NCBI GenBank assembly: GCA_964036045.1
Contig: OZ038378.1
Coordinates: 7,936,001 to 8,000,000, forward strand
Origin: Eutreptiella sp. 'Long Island Sound 2002'
Lineage: Eukaryota > Protista > Euglenida
Direction of reading: 5' to 3'
Length of the DNA stretch: 64,000 nucleotides
The translations under genes and the position numbers were made by a program. Shown one piece after another: positions 1 to 12,128 of this stretch (positions within the stretch are counted from its first letter, which is position 1; every line of letters begins with the position of its first letter). Under the pieces are notes generated by a model, which was given only the letters and a program-made list of their open reading frames with translations, had not been told where the DNA came from and searched no databases.

Positions 1-329
1 CACCCCCCATTCTTCCACAATCTCTGCCACACGTTTCATTGTGCCAATGTTCCCCCACTAGCCCTCCACTGCAGCATATACCTGTGCCTCCTCTCCTCAT
101 ACCCCCCACCCCACCCAAACCCACCTGTGTATAGAGTTGTCACCACCCTTTCTGCCACCAGCCATTCCCAGACTCCACCTCCAATCCCTAATACCAATGT
201 CCCCCCTTCTCCATTCTCCACATGCCCCTCCATGGGCCCTGTTCACCACCACCCTAGGCTCATCAATGACACAACTAGCCATTACTCCACTTTCCATGGC
301 CATCACACCCTCTCTGCACCGACCACCCA

Positions 330-1590
330 CATCGCAACTACCCCCAATCTTCTCCCTCCCCCGCGCCAGCAGTCCATCTTGCCTTCAGCTGACCCCAACT
401 CCAACCACACACCCCTCCTCAACAGGTCCATATGCATGGAGCTTTTCCCCCGCCTCCTCAACATATTGAGCGAGCAGTCCTCACATTGTGTGTGCCCCGG
501 CTAACACGTTCCTCAAGCTCCTCATCTCCATCTCAGCCGCCGAGCACATCGCCATCCTTGCCAGCTCGTCTAGGGGGCGTTTTCGCACAGCGCGCACACA
601 GCGCGGGCACAGCGCCAATTATTACGTTGTTTATCCCGGGAACACCCCTGAAAACCACCCCCCTACAGAAGCGTGCAGGATCCATTCAAAAGAGCATCAG
701 GGGTGCAGAATTCAGGACCCTGGGACCCGTGGCAAGCATCAGACTAAAACAAAAAATCCCTGGTGTACCAGCAGGGGCTGTAGGGTGCAGAATTCACGAC
801 CCTTTGGGGGTGAAAAACAGCCGCCTTTTCGCACAGCGTGCGCGCAGCGCGGGCACAGCGGTGCGCCCCCCCTACACCCAATGGTGTTCGGATCAGCCTA
901 GCAAAGCCTTCATGTTTGCCCCTTACTCACCGACCTCCACGTAGCCTCCCTAGGGCCACCGCTAGACCCATTTGCCTAGGCCCAAACCTCCCGATGAGGA
1001 GCCACATAGATCCACTTGGCAACGCCACCTTGCCACCACCTCGCAATGAGTAGGCCCATGGAATATCAACCACCGCTGCCACCTCCGTAGCAGCTACACC
1101 ATCACTCCGTAGAATGCCACCCACTGACCCACGCCCTCCACCTCACTAGCCAGGGCATCCGGCACCCAAACTATAAGCCACCCTTCCCCTTTGAACAAGT
1201 TGGCACAGGCCCAAGAACGTGTGAGTGCAAAGCCCATTGTGTTGATACATACTTGCCCTCTGAGAACCACTGCAACAACCACTACATGAGTCACTTGCCC
1301 AATGCTGGTACCTACCTGCCTACTTGTTGTGCCTTGTGCCAGCTCCACCCCTCGGCCAACTTGGTTAGTAGGAGGGGCTTGCGCCGATGGCTGCCCATCA
1401 ACAGCCCACAGAGCAACAGCCAGCTTGGACACATGCTGAGTCAAAGCGCGGCGCAACTACTGGTCATACCTTGCTCCACGCTACCACATACACACACCGC
1501 ACGCATGCCTACACAACCTGACCCCAACCCCGGCCCACGCCAAAAACCAAGCCCTCTAACCCCCACCAATTTTTAAGGTTCCCCCCCTTC
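330..1590 (-). mobile_element. Decayed non-LTR retrotransposon (LINE) C-terminal remnant, interrupted by a MITE at 571-874
   Basis: Minus-strand translation across the MITE junction gives LIRTPLGVDELARMAMCSAAEMEMRSLRNVLAGAHTM*GLLAQYVEEAG. This resembles the LR-ilsGa-wt...CxxC region of the better preserved LINE at 11042-12130. Multiple stops; boundaries approximate. Confidence 0.45.
571..874. mobile_element. MITE with G/C-run TIRs and probable TA target duplication
   Basis: TAGGGGGCG (571-579) and CGCCCCCCCTA (864-874) are inverted termini flanked by TA. A subterminal direct repeat TTTTCGCACAGCG...GCGCGGGCACAGCG occurs at about 580-614 and 826-860. Confidence 0.7.
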
Positions 1591-2629
1591 ACTTGCGCTT
1601 TCCAAGGAGAACGTGTCGGCAAAGTTCCCGCCGGCATGCACTGGGTGCCAAGCGACCCCCCCACCCCCGTTCCTCTACACCCCTCCCTTCGTCCTTGCCT
1701 TTTCCTTGCCCGCCCCTCCCACACCCCCTTACCCCCCCTCCTTTCCTTGGTATTTTCATCCTCTGCCTCCCCGCTTCCTAACCACCAGATGACCTAGTAT
1801 TACCAGCCCCCAACTAGAGGCCACATCGGGTGACAGCAATCTGCCAGTTTCTAGCCACTTTGGCTTGCATAGGGTGCTGTATGATGGTCACGTGGGCCAT
1901 TTCTCAATAGCTCCAGCCCTAGGCACCACACAACCCCAGTCACAATCAGCTGCAGGCACAGTCACAGTCCCAATCGCAGGCTCACGGCCTCAATCACAAT
2001 CACAGATCTTGTTACAGTCTAAGCCAAAGCCCACTATTTGACATGCATTGGCAGGTTCTCATGCAACTGGGAATGATGTAGTGTTGCTCTTGATCCCACT
2101 CCTACTCTTGCTCTTGCTCTACCTCTTGTTTCCTGCTCGGCACGGTTCGCGTTTGGTAGGAACCCACAGCCCCACCCCACCCTGCCCCTCCGCGTAGGGG
2201 GCAACCCCACCAAATCAGGTTCGTCCTTCCTTGGGATGTTTTGCTGTTCCCAGAATATTTTTTTCTGTGTTCTAGCACTAGGCGTGTGCAGCAGCCCCCC
2301 AGAGGAGCCACTTTCACAGGGTGCACTTGGACAGTGAGTCCAGAGCAATGTACAATCTCCATCTTGTGACCTCCATCTTGTGACCTGTGACTTCACATGG
2401 GTGAGGCGTGCCCCCCACAAGGAACACCACAGGGAGACTTGGTTGTAGAATGTCCCATTTCAGTAGCAGCAGCTACCACGACCCTAGTTGAAAAACCAGG
2501 GCCAGTCCAATTCTGATGTCATTTATGTCAGTCAGATTCCTACACTCATCAATTCTTAAATTCCATGGCAAAATTCTATTGCCTTCAGCACTGCACCTGG
2601 AAGAGAGGCTGACAGTCAGCCAATCAGTT

Positions 2630-2821
2630 AGTTAGGCAAGCAGGCAAGCAGACAGGCAAGACAGAAACACACAGTTTGGGTTTTTTCAGTGGCACTCGGC
2701 TACAAGCAGTGGGGAGCCGAGAGTGTAGCAGAACAGTCTGCCAGCGGTCTGTCGGCCGGGAATCGAACCGCCAACACGACTGTTGGCGGTCAATTGCATT
2801 ACCAGTCGACCGCAGCTGACC
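2630..2821 (-). mobile_element. Possible tRNA-derived SINE (degenerate head)
   Basis: Minus strand reads GGTCAGCTGCGGTCGACTGGTAATGCAATTGACCGCCAACAGTCGTGTTGGCGGTTCGATTCCCGGC, with a B-box (GGTTCGATTCCC, 2758-2769). The head resembles the SINE at 14824 and there is a (CTTGCCTG)n-like tail. No clean cloverleaf and no TSD found. Confidence 0.4.
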
Positions 2822-4993
2822 TTTGGCTTTGTTGTACCCAACCCTTGTTCAAATCCCTCTGAGCACAAACTTTTTGACCCCCACACCCCACCCCCAAAAA
2901 ATGTGATATCCAGTTTCAGGGGATAGAGGCCTCAGAAAGGCCTCAGAAAAAAACTCCATTGGGGGATCATTTTATGGGGCAAAATAATGATTTTACAAGG
3001 GGTTGGACATCCAATATTATGCCTTGGGGTATGCTACGCGAACAACCCCCAAAAAGGGGGGGTATACGACGCACACACCTGCGCTTGATCTAACAACCTC
3101 TCTTCGCGGTGATTTGGTATAAAATTCCCATATTGTGGCACAAGAACAAGCATAGCTGTTGGCCTCTTGATGCTTGCTATTATTTCCTGGAGGCTTCCGA
3201 ATGCCTGCTGTTATTACTTGATGGCTCCTGGATGCTGGCTGATTTTTTTTTGAGACTTCTGGATGCCCATTGTTATGTCCTGGTGGATTCCGGATGCTTC
3301 TTGTTCTTTCGTGGAGGCTTTTGGATGTGTGCTGTTATTTCCTAATATCTAGTTCAAGATGATGACAAATAGGAGCTTCAACAGTACTACAACTCCCTTT
3401 GACCAGTGATGACCCTTGCACATAGTGTCACTGCAAAAATGTGAGCTTCCAGCAGCAACACATTAGGAGCTGAGAAAAGCAAATTGATCAAAGATTTCGA
3501 AACTGGTCCACAGATCACGCCGCTAGCACCATACAGCACAACAGGTGTCGCCGAATTCTATTGGAAATTATGGACAAACCATCATGTAGAACGGAATGGC
3601 AAATTTTGGCACACTTTTGTTGTGCCAAATGTTGCCTTGCCTATTCCAATTTGGTCGGTAACTTGATACTGGATGCCCCCGCCCAGGCAATTCCAGCCAA
3701 TGTCCACTCAGTTCAGCACAAACAATCAAACTGCTATGCTACAACCAGTTAAGTACAATCGTAGCCCCCCCCCCCCCCCCCCCGGGTATACCAGAATCAC
3801 CCCCAAGAGCAACCTCCCAGCTCCTCAGTTTGAGCAATTGAATGGCTGCATCTACTTCTGGATGCTCCACTCTGCATCTACTTCTGTTTGGGGGGTCCTA
3901 AACGGCTGAATTTGCATGCAGCGCATGGTGCATCCCATGAGAGGCTGCCGACTGCATGCAGTGTATGAATGTGAATATTGAATGTTGGATGTAAGACATG
4001 CTTTTGAGGTTACAGGCATACACAAAGCACGATTCACTAAGGTGAAACTATCCACCACCATGCAGTATGCAACTGTGCATGACAATGTAGGCAACGCGAC
4101 TAGCTAGTGCACAATGTCCTGAGCCAGGTAGTATTCAAAAGTCGAAGGTACTCCACATGCCGTGTGAACAGGAAAAATGTCACGCAAAAATTAAAACGTG
4201 TGATGTGATTGCTGGCATGACACCCCAAAAGATAAAAATACATATATGGGCGTTTTCACAAGGGAGGCGTTCATAAGCAGTCGGTGGGTCCGGCTTTGTA
4301 AGTCACTGGCCGACAACTCATTTCTCCCCCCCATTTTGGGGTTGGGGAATCTGAGGCCATCTTGGCCACACTTCCTCCAAATTTCTGAAAACAAGGGCCA
4401 AAAATGGCTGAAAACGGGGTTCCAGCCCACAACCTAGGCTGCTGCCATAGAGGGGGAAGGTGTCACCCTGCCAAGGTGAAAACAAACAACATTGTGCATA
4501 TCCAGGTGGAGAAATTAAATATACAAGAGGCAAACCTCACCGAAATGATACATTGGAGAGATTGTCCAAAGTGTCGCAGAGTACAACCCATCCCCCAAGA
4601 CGAGCCAGATGCAACCACCGCAGGCGTTCACATATGCCCCTTTCCACAGGGAGGCGACTCCCAAAATTTCACCGAATGGAAGCCCATGTAGCACGTGTTC
4701 CAATTAAGTCAGATTAAGATGTGGCCATCACAGTTGAGGCCAGTGCTGAGGCCAGAGCCCAGCTGGTGACCAGGGGTCCCGACCCTTTGGCAAACAGAAA
4801 CTTAACATAATAACTGCAAATCCAACCATCCCCAGACTGAAATCCCGAGGGCTTTTCCAAGGGTCTGTGATGAAAACGGGTCCCCAAAGCAGGTGGTATT
4901 CAAATGGCTGCATAAGCCCTGACCGTGTCAGGGTCCTCAAAGCGGGGGCAAGTCAAATGGCTGCATAACCCCTACGTTTGGGGTCACTCACAC

Positions 4994-4996
4994 CCA

Positions 4997-5028
<32 letters not shown>

Positions 5029-5072
5029 CACAGACGCACACACACTCACTCACTCACTCACTCACACACACA
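4994..5072. repeat. Compound (CGCA)n/(CA)n/(CTCA)n microsatellite
   Basis: Seen directly in the sequence. Confidence 0.9.
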
Positions 5073-7539
5073 CCCACAGCCCAAACCCACATAGGCACAC
5101 ATACGTGGGCATACTGTGGTCATAGGGTGTCTGAAGAAGCGCAGTGCAAGATCTGTCGGTGGCAAGCTCTGTAAGTCGTACTGCCCCCAAGGATGGAGAA
5201 TGGGGGGCCAGCTGCGTGCTTCAAGGCACTGAGCAAAGCTGCAAAGCTCCCGATGCCTTGCAAACCTCGTCTTTCCTTTGCACTTTTTCGTTCAATGTGG
5301 GAGGAGAACGGTGCCTATGGGCCTGTGAGGAATCTGCGCATTGGCATAGGGATGTTGCCACAAACATCATACAAACAGCTTCACGCCATATACACCTCCA
5401 CAGGGGCCCCTGCAGGCATGACATTTGCACGCACATGTGCAGTGTTAGTGCCTGCATTTCAAAGCTACATTTGGCGCAGAGGGCTACACTGCAGCGACTC
5501 TCCAGAAAAGAGAAAAGTCTGCCGTCATCTGAAACACATCACCTCCGGCACCTTCTCGTTGACCAAACTGGGACGAGAGGACGCATGGGAACGCCGACGG
5601 AGGGCCATGCAGCACGAGCGAACGAAAGATACGGATGCAGCCTTGGCCATTTAGACACTGTGCCTAAGAGGCTGTTTGTGGCAAATCAGACATACTCAAG
5701 CGAAGCACCACACTGACCCCCTGCCCCACTGATCGGGGGATGACTCCCAGCCACCTCCAATTGCACCTGCAATCCCCCATTTGTTGAAGGCTTGCTTATG
5801 GCCATTCGTGGCCTTATCAGACAGCATCCCCCATCACCTCCGCAGCGGTTTGCTTGCCACAAAGGCCGCCGCATCAGACATGTGATCAATCAAGCGATGG
5901 GTGATGGCTGTGTTCAAGGGCACCTGACGGAAAACGCCTCCGAAAGGGAACGCGGGAGGGTGAACCATTGTGGTTATCTGGATGGGCAAGGGAACCATCC
6001 ATTTCCGGGCTGCGGCCATGATGTCAGGTTTTCAAATAACCAGCATGACCCTGACGTCATGCCAGACTGACTCAGTTCAGTGTATCATTCACTATTGGGC
6101 AGGACAAGAAGGCCTGAGGCAATAGCCCAAACTATGAGCGGCGGGGGGGGGGGGGGGGCGAACACACTTTCCAGACCACCCGCCCACAAAAGGGCTCCCG
6201 TGACCGAGGCCCTTACCGACCCACCGACAGGGCCCGTCAAGGGGTTTCGGAGTTTGGGGGTTGTCCCCCAATATATCATGGCCGCAAGGATCCCCCAACG
6301 ATGCGCTGATCATTTTGACATGTTTCACACGGGTCATAGGGTCAATGGCCATGACAGCGGTGGGCCAGCCAGCAACAGCAGTGGGCACTTGATGGACAGC
6401 AGTGGGCGCTGAGGAGCCTGCGATTGGGCGGCTCGTGTGGCGAGTGCAGAGCTGCTGCAATACGTCAGCCACTGCACATCAGCTGCTACGCATTCGGTCA
6501 CGTGTTACCACAACCCTCATCCGGAGCGTGAGGCACAAGGTGAAGAGGAGGGGGGAGGGGGGAGCGGCAGCTGTACACCAGCCAGTGCCACTGATGGTGT
6601 GCCCTCATTAATGCACTTTTGCCATTCGAAACTTTCCACAATCTTCAGAACGAACCCGGGCCCCTACTTCGTGGAGCCGGTTGTCTACCTCCTCATGCTC
6701 TGCTCCAGCGCCTGCAGAAGGGCATTTCACTGAGGCTGCTCAAAGAATTGCCGGTGGCGCTGAGGATAATCCTCTGTCGGTCGAGTCTAACATTTCCAGT
6801 CGGGAAGCAGCACCTGACAAGAGGCCATGACATGGCTCAGGCTGTGACAGCAGAAAGCATCGGGACGTCCGTCGTGAGTCTGTCGCACAAACAAAGAAAC
6901 TGACGACTTTGAGGAGAAGCAAGGCTTTTGTATTTGTAGCGACATGCTGCCTCACTTCGCCCACCGGTCATTCATCACCCGTTCTGCAGACATCTCATGG
7001 GTCGAAAGCCTCCGCTCGAGCGTCACCAAAACGCCGCTGCCGCCGCTGCTGCTTGCTTACTGCCCTCTGCATGCCCACATGCTACCGGCTGCTTACATGC
7101 TGTCTGCTGGTGCTTACCTCACCGCTACGACTTGAGCGTTGCACGGTCGGCCCTTGTCCGAGCCCCATACGGATGGCCCACAGCAACCAAACCGGAAGGG
7201 CAGCAGCGTAACAGGACCATCCGCGTACGCAGCCTTCAGGGCACGGACGCGCGGCTCACGCACATGGATGCGGCGCTTGCGGTGCCCGTTGCACTCGAAC
7301 CGGCCATTGAACGCACCGAACGAAAGAGGCCGCCCTTGAACGAGTTGGAGCGCGCCAATGGCGAGCTCCTCATGTGGAACGCCCGAGTCATCCGTTGCTA
7401 CTGTTATCCTGACATCCACCTCCACCTCCGATCCTGCGGCATTACTTGGGCCCACGTCATGGGCTACATTTTTTACAACAGCAAAACCAACTGTAGACGA
7501 GCCATCGGGCCCTACGCAGGGCTTACAGTGGCCGCCGGT

Positions 7540-9156
7540 TTACGACCCGTAGCCGAGGTCGGTCTCGAGCCACAGAGTCGCCAAGTGTAGGCAGTGGTCG
7601 GCCTTGCCTTCGCTGGCTTGAAGGCACTCGACAATGGCCGGGTAATTGTCCTTCTCGACGGTCCGCTCCTCAAAATACCAAATCCTAAGCTTTCCCCCTG
7701 TTGAGTCCAGGTATCCAAAGCCGTACTGGCTGCACCCCCGCATGCCATGCCCCCCGATCATGAACCCTACCTCCTCCTGCTGCCCCGCATCCTGCTTCTG
7801 ATTGCAGTGCTGGTGTCCATCGAAGTATTTCAGCCGGTCACCAATGTCGCAGCCAGGCATCCTCCGCATCGCATCGTACACGTCCGGCACCGCCATGCCT
7901 GACCCACAACCCAACCCTTCGTGGTTCCAATGCCCGAGGAGCATCACAGCCCGTGGCTTAGACCGACCCATGAAGGAACACGCCTGCTCAAAGTAGGGCC
8001 TTGTCTCTTCGAATGTGGCAGCCCCGGTGTACCCAATGAAGCCCAAGTTGCCGATCAGGTGGTACCACAGGAAATTCGTGTGGTTGTTGTTGAAGCCATG
8101 CCACTGCCGCGTGGTGTCAGGGTTTACGGCAAAGCTGAGGAAATCCGCATCGGTTTGGGGCAGCAGCGTGGACGCGACGGGGTCCTGGGCGTAGAACTGC
8201 ATCAACCCGTACCCGGCCTGGTCATGGGCATCCCCGCAGGACGGGAGACCACACACCCACAGGTCATGATTCCCGGCGACGGTTTGGAGGATCTTGCTTT
8301 TGACGTCCAGAGTGAACTGATCGAACATGGCCCGTGTCAGGCGCCCATCCTGGTCGTAGAAGTTGTCGCCCAGGATCTGGAAGAAATCCAGTGCCGGGTC
8401 CTTCGCGAGCAGATTGATCATCGCTGCGCCGCGGTTGAAAGTATCCCACCGCTCACCCCACTGACACTCCACCCAACGAGCAGAGAAGCAGGGGTCTGAC
8501 CAGATGATCCCTTTGGTTCCTTGGCCTTGCGCTGGAAGGCGCACGGTGAACGACTGGCCATTGACTGTGAAAGTGTTTGCGTGGCCGGGCTTTACTGTCA
8601 CCATCGCTGAATGCAGGACGTGGTCTCCAATCTTTGAGTATGTTGCCTCTGCAGCCTCATCTGATTTGAAAGTGCATGCAGTGTAGAGATGGCACTTGTT
8701 GCCATTACCGAGGAAGGCTCCTTGATAGAACGTGTAGAACAGGCACTGACTATCCGCGGTGCACACCTCCAAGCACGTGGCGTCATCCCCGCCAGAGAAT
8801 GTCTGATACGGCGTCTCGGTGCACGACTGCTTGGCCTGACCCAAATCAAAAGCGCTCTGCCAGCGGTACTTGAATCGCTGGCTATACGTGAAATGGAGGT
8901 CACCCGAGAGCGTTTCGTTCTGCCGCAGGCCGATGACACTGATGCGCATGCGGTCGTACCCTTTCGGCCCAAGTGCACGTGCCACGCGCAGGTTCAGCGG
9001 ATGACTGGCGGCGGGCCTGGACGATGGCAGCGCCCGAACCCAGTCCTCAAAGAAGCCGACCCCTGGTGTGGCGTGCGATCCGTTGGTGTCCAGCGCGTGT
9101 ACATCCTGTGGACCCATGAGAACAATCATGGCAACGGAGAAGAGGGTCCACAGCAT
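7540..9156 (-). CDS. Secreted calcineurin-like metallophosphoesterase (purple-acid-phosphatase-like fold) with an inserted PAN/Apple domain; intronless, 538 aa
   Basis: Motifs WSDPC, LGDNFYDQDG, VAGNHD, LLGHW and FDGHQH. Hydrophobic N-terminus MLWTLFSVAMIVLMGPQDVHA. Cys pattern C-x14-CLEVC-x5-CLFYTF-x10-CHLYTAC at about 8630-8825. Pyrimidine tract plus AG at 9198-9197 favours ATG 9156 over the ORF-track start at 9249. Confidence 0.85.
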   Translation of the reverse strand: MLWTLFSVAMIVLMGPQDVHALDTNGSHATPGVGFFEDWVRALPSSRPAASHPLNLRVARALGPKGYDRMRISVIGLRQNETLSGDLHFTYSQRFKYRWQSAFDLGQAKQSCTETPYQTFSGGDDATCLEVCTADSQCLFYTFYQGAFLGNGNKCHLYTACTFKSDEAAEATYSKIGDHVLHSAMVTVKPGHANTFTVNGQSFTVRLPAQGQGTKGIIWSDPCFSARWVECQWGERWDTFNRGAAMINLLAKDPALDFFQILGDNFYDQDGRLTRAMFDQFTLDVKSKILQTVAGNHDLWVCGLPSCGDAHDQAGYGLMQFYAQDPVASTLLPQTDADFLSFAVNPDTTRQWHGFNNNHTNFLWYHLIGNLGFIGYTGAATFEETRPYFEQACSFMGRSKPRAVMLLGHWNHEGLGCGSGMAVPDVYDAMRRMPGCDIGDRLKYFDGHQHCNQKQDAGQQEEVGFMIGGHGMRGCSQYGFGYLDSTGGKLRIWYFEERTVEKDNYPAIVECLQASEGKADHCLHLATLWLETDLGYGS

Positions 9157-9196
9157 TGGTTTGGGGCTGCCCCGGCGTTGCACAACGAACAAAGGA

Positions 9197-9225
9197 CTGC
9201 GCAAAAAGACGAAACAAAATAGACA
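9197..9225 (-). promoter_or_regulatory. Polypyrimidine tract plus AG (candidate trans-splice acceptor) for the phosphoesterase
   Basis: tattttgtttcgtctttttgcgcag, 40 nt upstream of the ATG. Confidence 0.55.
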
Positions 9226-10079
9226 CTCAGAAAGTTTTCCTGCTCCCAAAAATGCCTTGCCTCAGGGCCATGCGCCATGTTGTAAATATGGAACCAATTG
9301 GATTTGGGCCTTCTCATGCATGAGGCATTGAAAGAGGACAGTCCGTCACCTGCAAACCCGGTCCTCTTACCGCCCCCGGTGCTCTCGCATGCCATTCCCA
9401 TGCCATCGCGCATGATCCGCACACCTCGTGTGTGCGACGCTGTGGGTGTGGAGTACGTAGGTGTGGGAACAGGGTGTGCGACAGCTTGGGGATGCTGTTT
9501 GCATTGGGGAAAGATGTGCAAGCGCGTCGTGCTTCCACAGTCTCACACCCCAGACCCATATCACGCCCCCCCCCCCCCCCCTATTCCTAAAGCCAACCCG
9601 TCCCATACCCAATTCCCACACCCTCTCACAGCCGCACCCTCAAACAAGCACATGCTGGGGCTGGGGTTGGCCCAGCCATTCCGAGTTGGTTCCCATTGCA
9701 AAAAGCCGGAGCAGCAAGTCACTTGCATTAGGCCATGCTGGCTATGTCAAGGATTTTGGCTGGGCCACCATAGAGGGCTACAATCCACAAGTGCTGACAT
9801 GAGCTAACCAAAAAAATGCGCCAGCGGGGGTTTCTACAAGGTGCATGAGTTGAGCAACAGCTAGTTTAGCAGCTTCGGTCTCATTTTCGTATCCTTCTCC
9901 CCTTTGTCCACCTGCCCACACCTAGCGCACGATGGTCCGAGCTTTCCATTTCCAGGGCGTGCCGTGGAAACTCAACTGTGGTCATCAAAGGAATATTAGC
10001 CAGGCACACCACTTTTTGGCAAGTGTCTTGACTTGGCACCATATCTAGCCTCTCCAGGGAGAGAGAGAGTGTGTGTGTG

Positions 10080-10287
10080 ACGCCCAAGTATTTCAATCAA
10101 AGCTCAAACTGCGAGGTTCAACAGAGCTAGGTCTTACAATCATCAGCAAAACCATGAGTCCATGTTCTTCTGGCCTCGGTGGCAGGCCGACCACTAGTGC
10201 ACTGATTCACAGCTTTGGGATGTGGGAAAGGTCTCAGGAGCAGCAACGCAAGCAGGCCCCGCTTCCCCCCCCCCCCCCGCAGCAAAC
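10080..10287 (-). mobile_element. Short 5'-truncated LINE 3' end between two (GT)n tracts
   Basis: Flanked by (GT)n at 10069-10079 and 10288-10311. Shares the 19-mer CAAACTGCGAGGTTCAACA (10105-10123) with the similarly flanked element at 37517-37740. Confidence 0.5.
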
Positions 10288-10311
10288 TGTGTGTGTGTGT
10301 GTGTGTGTGTG

Positions 10312-12128
10312 ATCTGTACTTTTAGAGGTGGATCCTTGTGCAGCGTTGGGCTGGACGCCTCATTTGGCTCAGGTCTGCTGAGGCCTCTTTGTGACGTTGT
10401 TTCCCTCCCTTCTGCGGAATCAGAACCTCTGTATTTTGCTGGCTAGGTATCCAGAGTGTTCGCTCTCCCGTGCCTCGTCACGAAAAGCGGGCGGGCGACA
10501 TCCTCGGCCACAGTCTCCTCCAGCCCCCGTGGAACTGGGGCTGGTGGGGACGGAGGGGGGGGTGTTTTCGGCCTCGTGCGTTTGGGGCCTGGAGGGGTGG
10601 GGGGTTGGTGTGGGGACCTCAGCAGACCCGTAGAGATACGTGCAGGCCCTTGCAGGCGTGGTCGTTTGTGGGGCAGTTGTGCATGTGCAGCAAGTGGGCG
10701 CTTCCGGCGCGCAGGCACTGGGGTGCACACTTTATGGTGTCCCCACTGACAGCAGTGGCGCACTCCCCTTTGCTTGAGTGTGCACCTCGGGCACGGTGGT
10801 AGGCCATGCAGTGGGCACAGTTGCAGTTGCGGTCTGTGTGCTATGTGGTCATCAGCGTGATGTCCCAGCGCACAGCATGCTTCAGCTGTGCGCCGAAGTC
10901 TCTTGCAGGTCGTGCATGCGTCAGCAGAGTGCTGGGCACACTTTGACGGATCAGCCGGCGGCGCCGGTGGTGGCGCCCTGTGTGTGTTTGCGCGCCTGCG
11001 TGTCCCGGTGTAGGGGCGCTGTGGGAGCTTCCCATCCCCTATCACAGGGAAGAAATCAGCTGCAAAGGAGGAGCAGCCCCCCCCCCTTTGGCAAAATTGG
11101 TCTGCTCCGAGGACGGAGCCAGCCCCAACTGCAGATTCCCCTGAAGTGCACGCTGTAGTCGATGCTCCTCCACTTCCTGCGCTGTTCTGCGTGGCCTATG
11201 TGTGTACGGGCGCAGTTTGTGTATTCTGTTGAGACCAACCTTGGTGGCCCACGTGCGCTCACAGTATGCCGCTAACTGCTGAACGTGCATGTTCATGGCA
11301 CTGCAGCAGGTGAAATAGGGGCGACAGTTCAGGCCGCAGAGTGCCGGCCCCCCCAAAGGAACTAAAGAGCTGCAGCGTGTGACCACACGCGCTGGATGCA
11401 AATGGCCTTTGGTGACCAGGCGCTGCGCATTTGCCATTGCCAGTCGTAAGACCCGGCCTCTCTCTTGCACTGAAAGGGTGGTGCCCTTAAATTTTGCCTG
11501 TGGAGCGTGTGGGAGGGTGCGTTGCGCAAATTCCTCAAAGTCCAGTGCGAGTTCCAAGAACGTCACCCAGTGCAGTTCCCTCAGCCAGCATAGCAGGTCC
11601 GCCAAAAAGGGCATTTCCCACTGCCATTCCACCTTCTTAGGGGTACGCAGAAGAAGTAACCCTTTGTCTTCCGGTCTGGGGAGGGGTCCCACCAGTTGGT
11701 GGTACGGGTATTGCCGAAGCTGCTGTGAGAGGCTCGACCCCATGAAAAGCATGGGGGATTGTGTGTCTCGTAACTTGCGGGCCTGCAAAACGGCTACTAA
11801 CATATTGTGCAGAGCTGTCATGAATGCGAGCGCTGTCCCTGACTTGACGCTGTCTGTGTCTAGCTCTGGGGCCAATCCACAAAGTCGTAAACATGGGGGC
11901 CACTGGTCCATGAGGGGAAGGCCTGTGATCTGTGCTGCCGCCGTCCTGATGCCCGGCAGGTGGGTGTCCCGCACCGTACTCCAGGCTGAACACTGCCAAA
12001 AAATGTGCTCCTCGTTTTCCGGAGCATTGCCACAGTACGGGCACGTGGATGTGGCTCTCATGCCACGTTGATAGGCCCGGAGGGCTGTCCAGGTTGCTCC
12101 TGATAGGATGCCCCGCAGGATAGAGCGC
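10312..12128 (-). mobile_element. 5'-truncated LINE: post-RT CCHC zinc-binding region and C-terminal domain, ending in a (CA)n tail
   Basis: Translation LRGILSGATWTALRAYQRGMRATSTCPYCGNAPENEEHIFWQCSAW (CxxC...HxxxxC) and WVTFLELALDFE. The frame shifts at the C10 run (11077-11086) into ORF 10443-11045. (GT)n tracts on both sides (10288-10311 and 12129-12150). Confidence 0.8.

Noticed and set aside
5140-6900. Tyrosine-recombinase or Polinton-like fragments
   Set aside because: Only vague motif resemblance across stops; cannot be supported.
7921-9222. Plus-strand ORFs of 192 and 177 aa
   Set aside because: Antisense shadows of the phosphoesterase, with no motifs.
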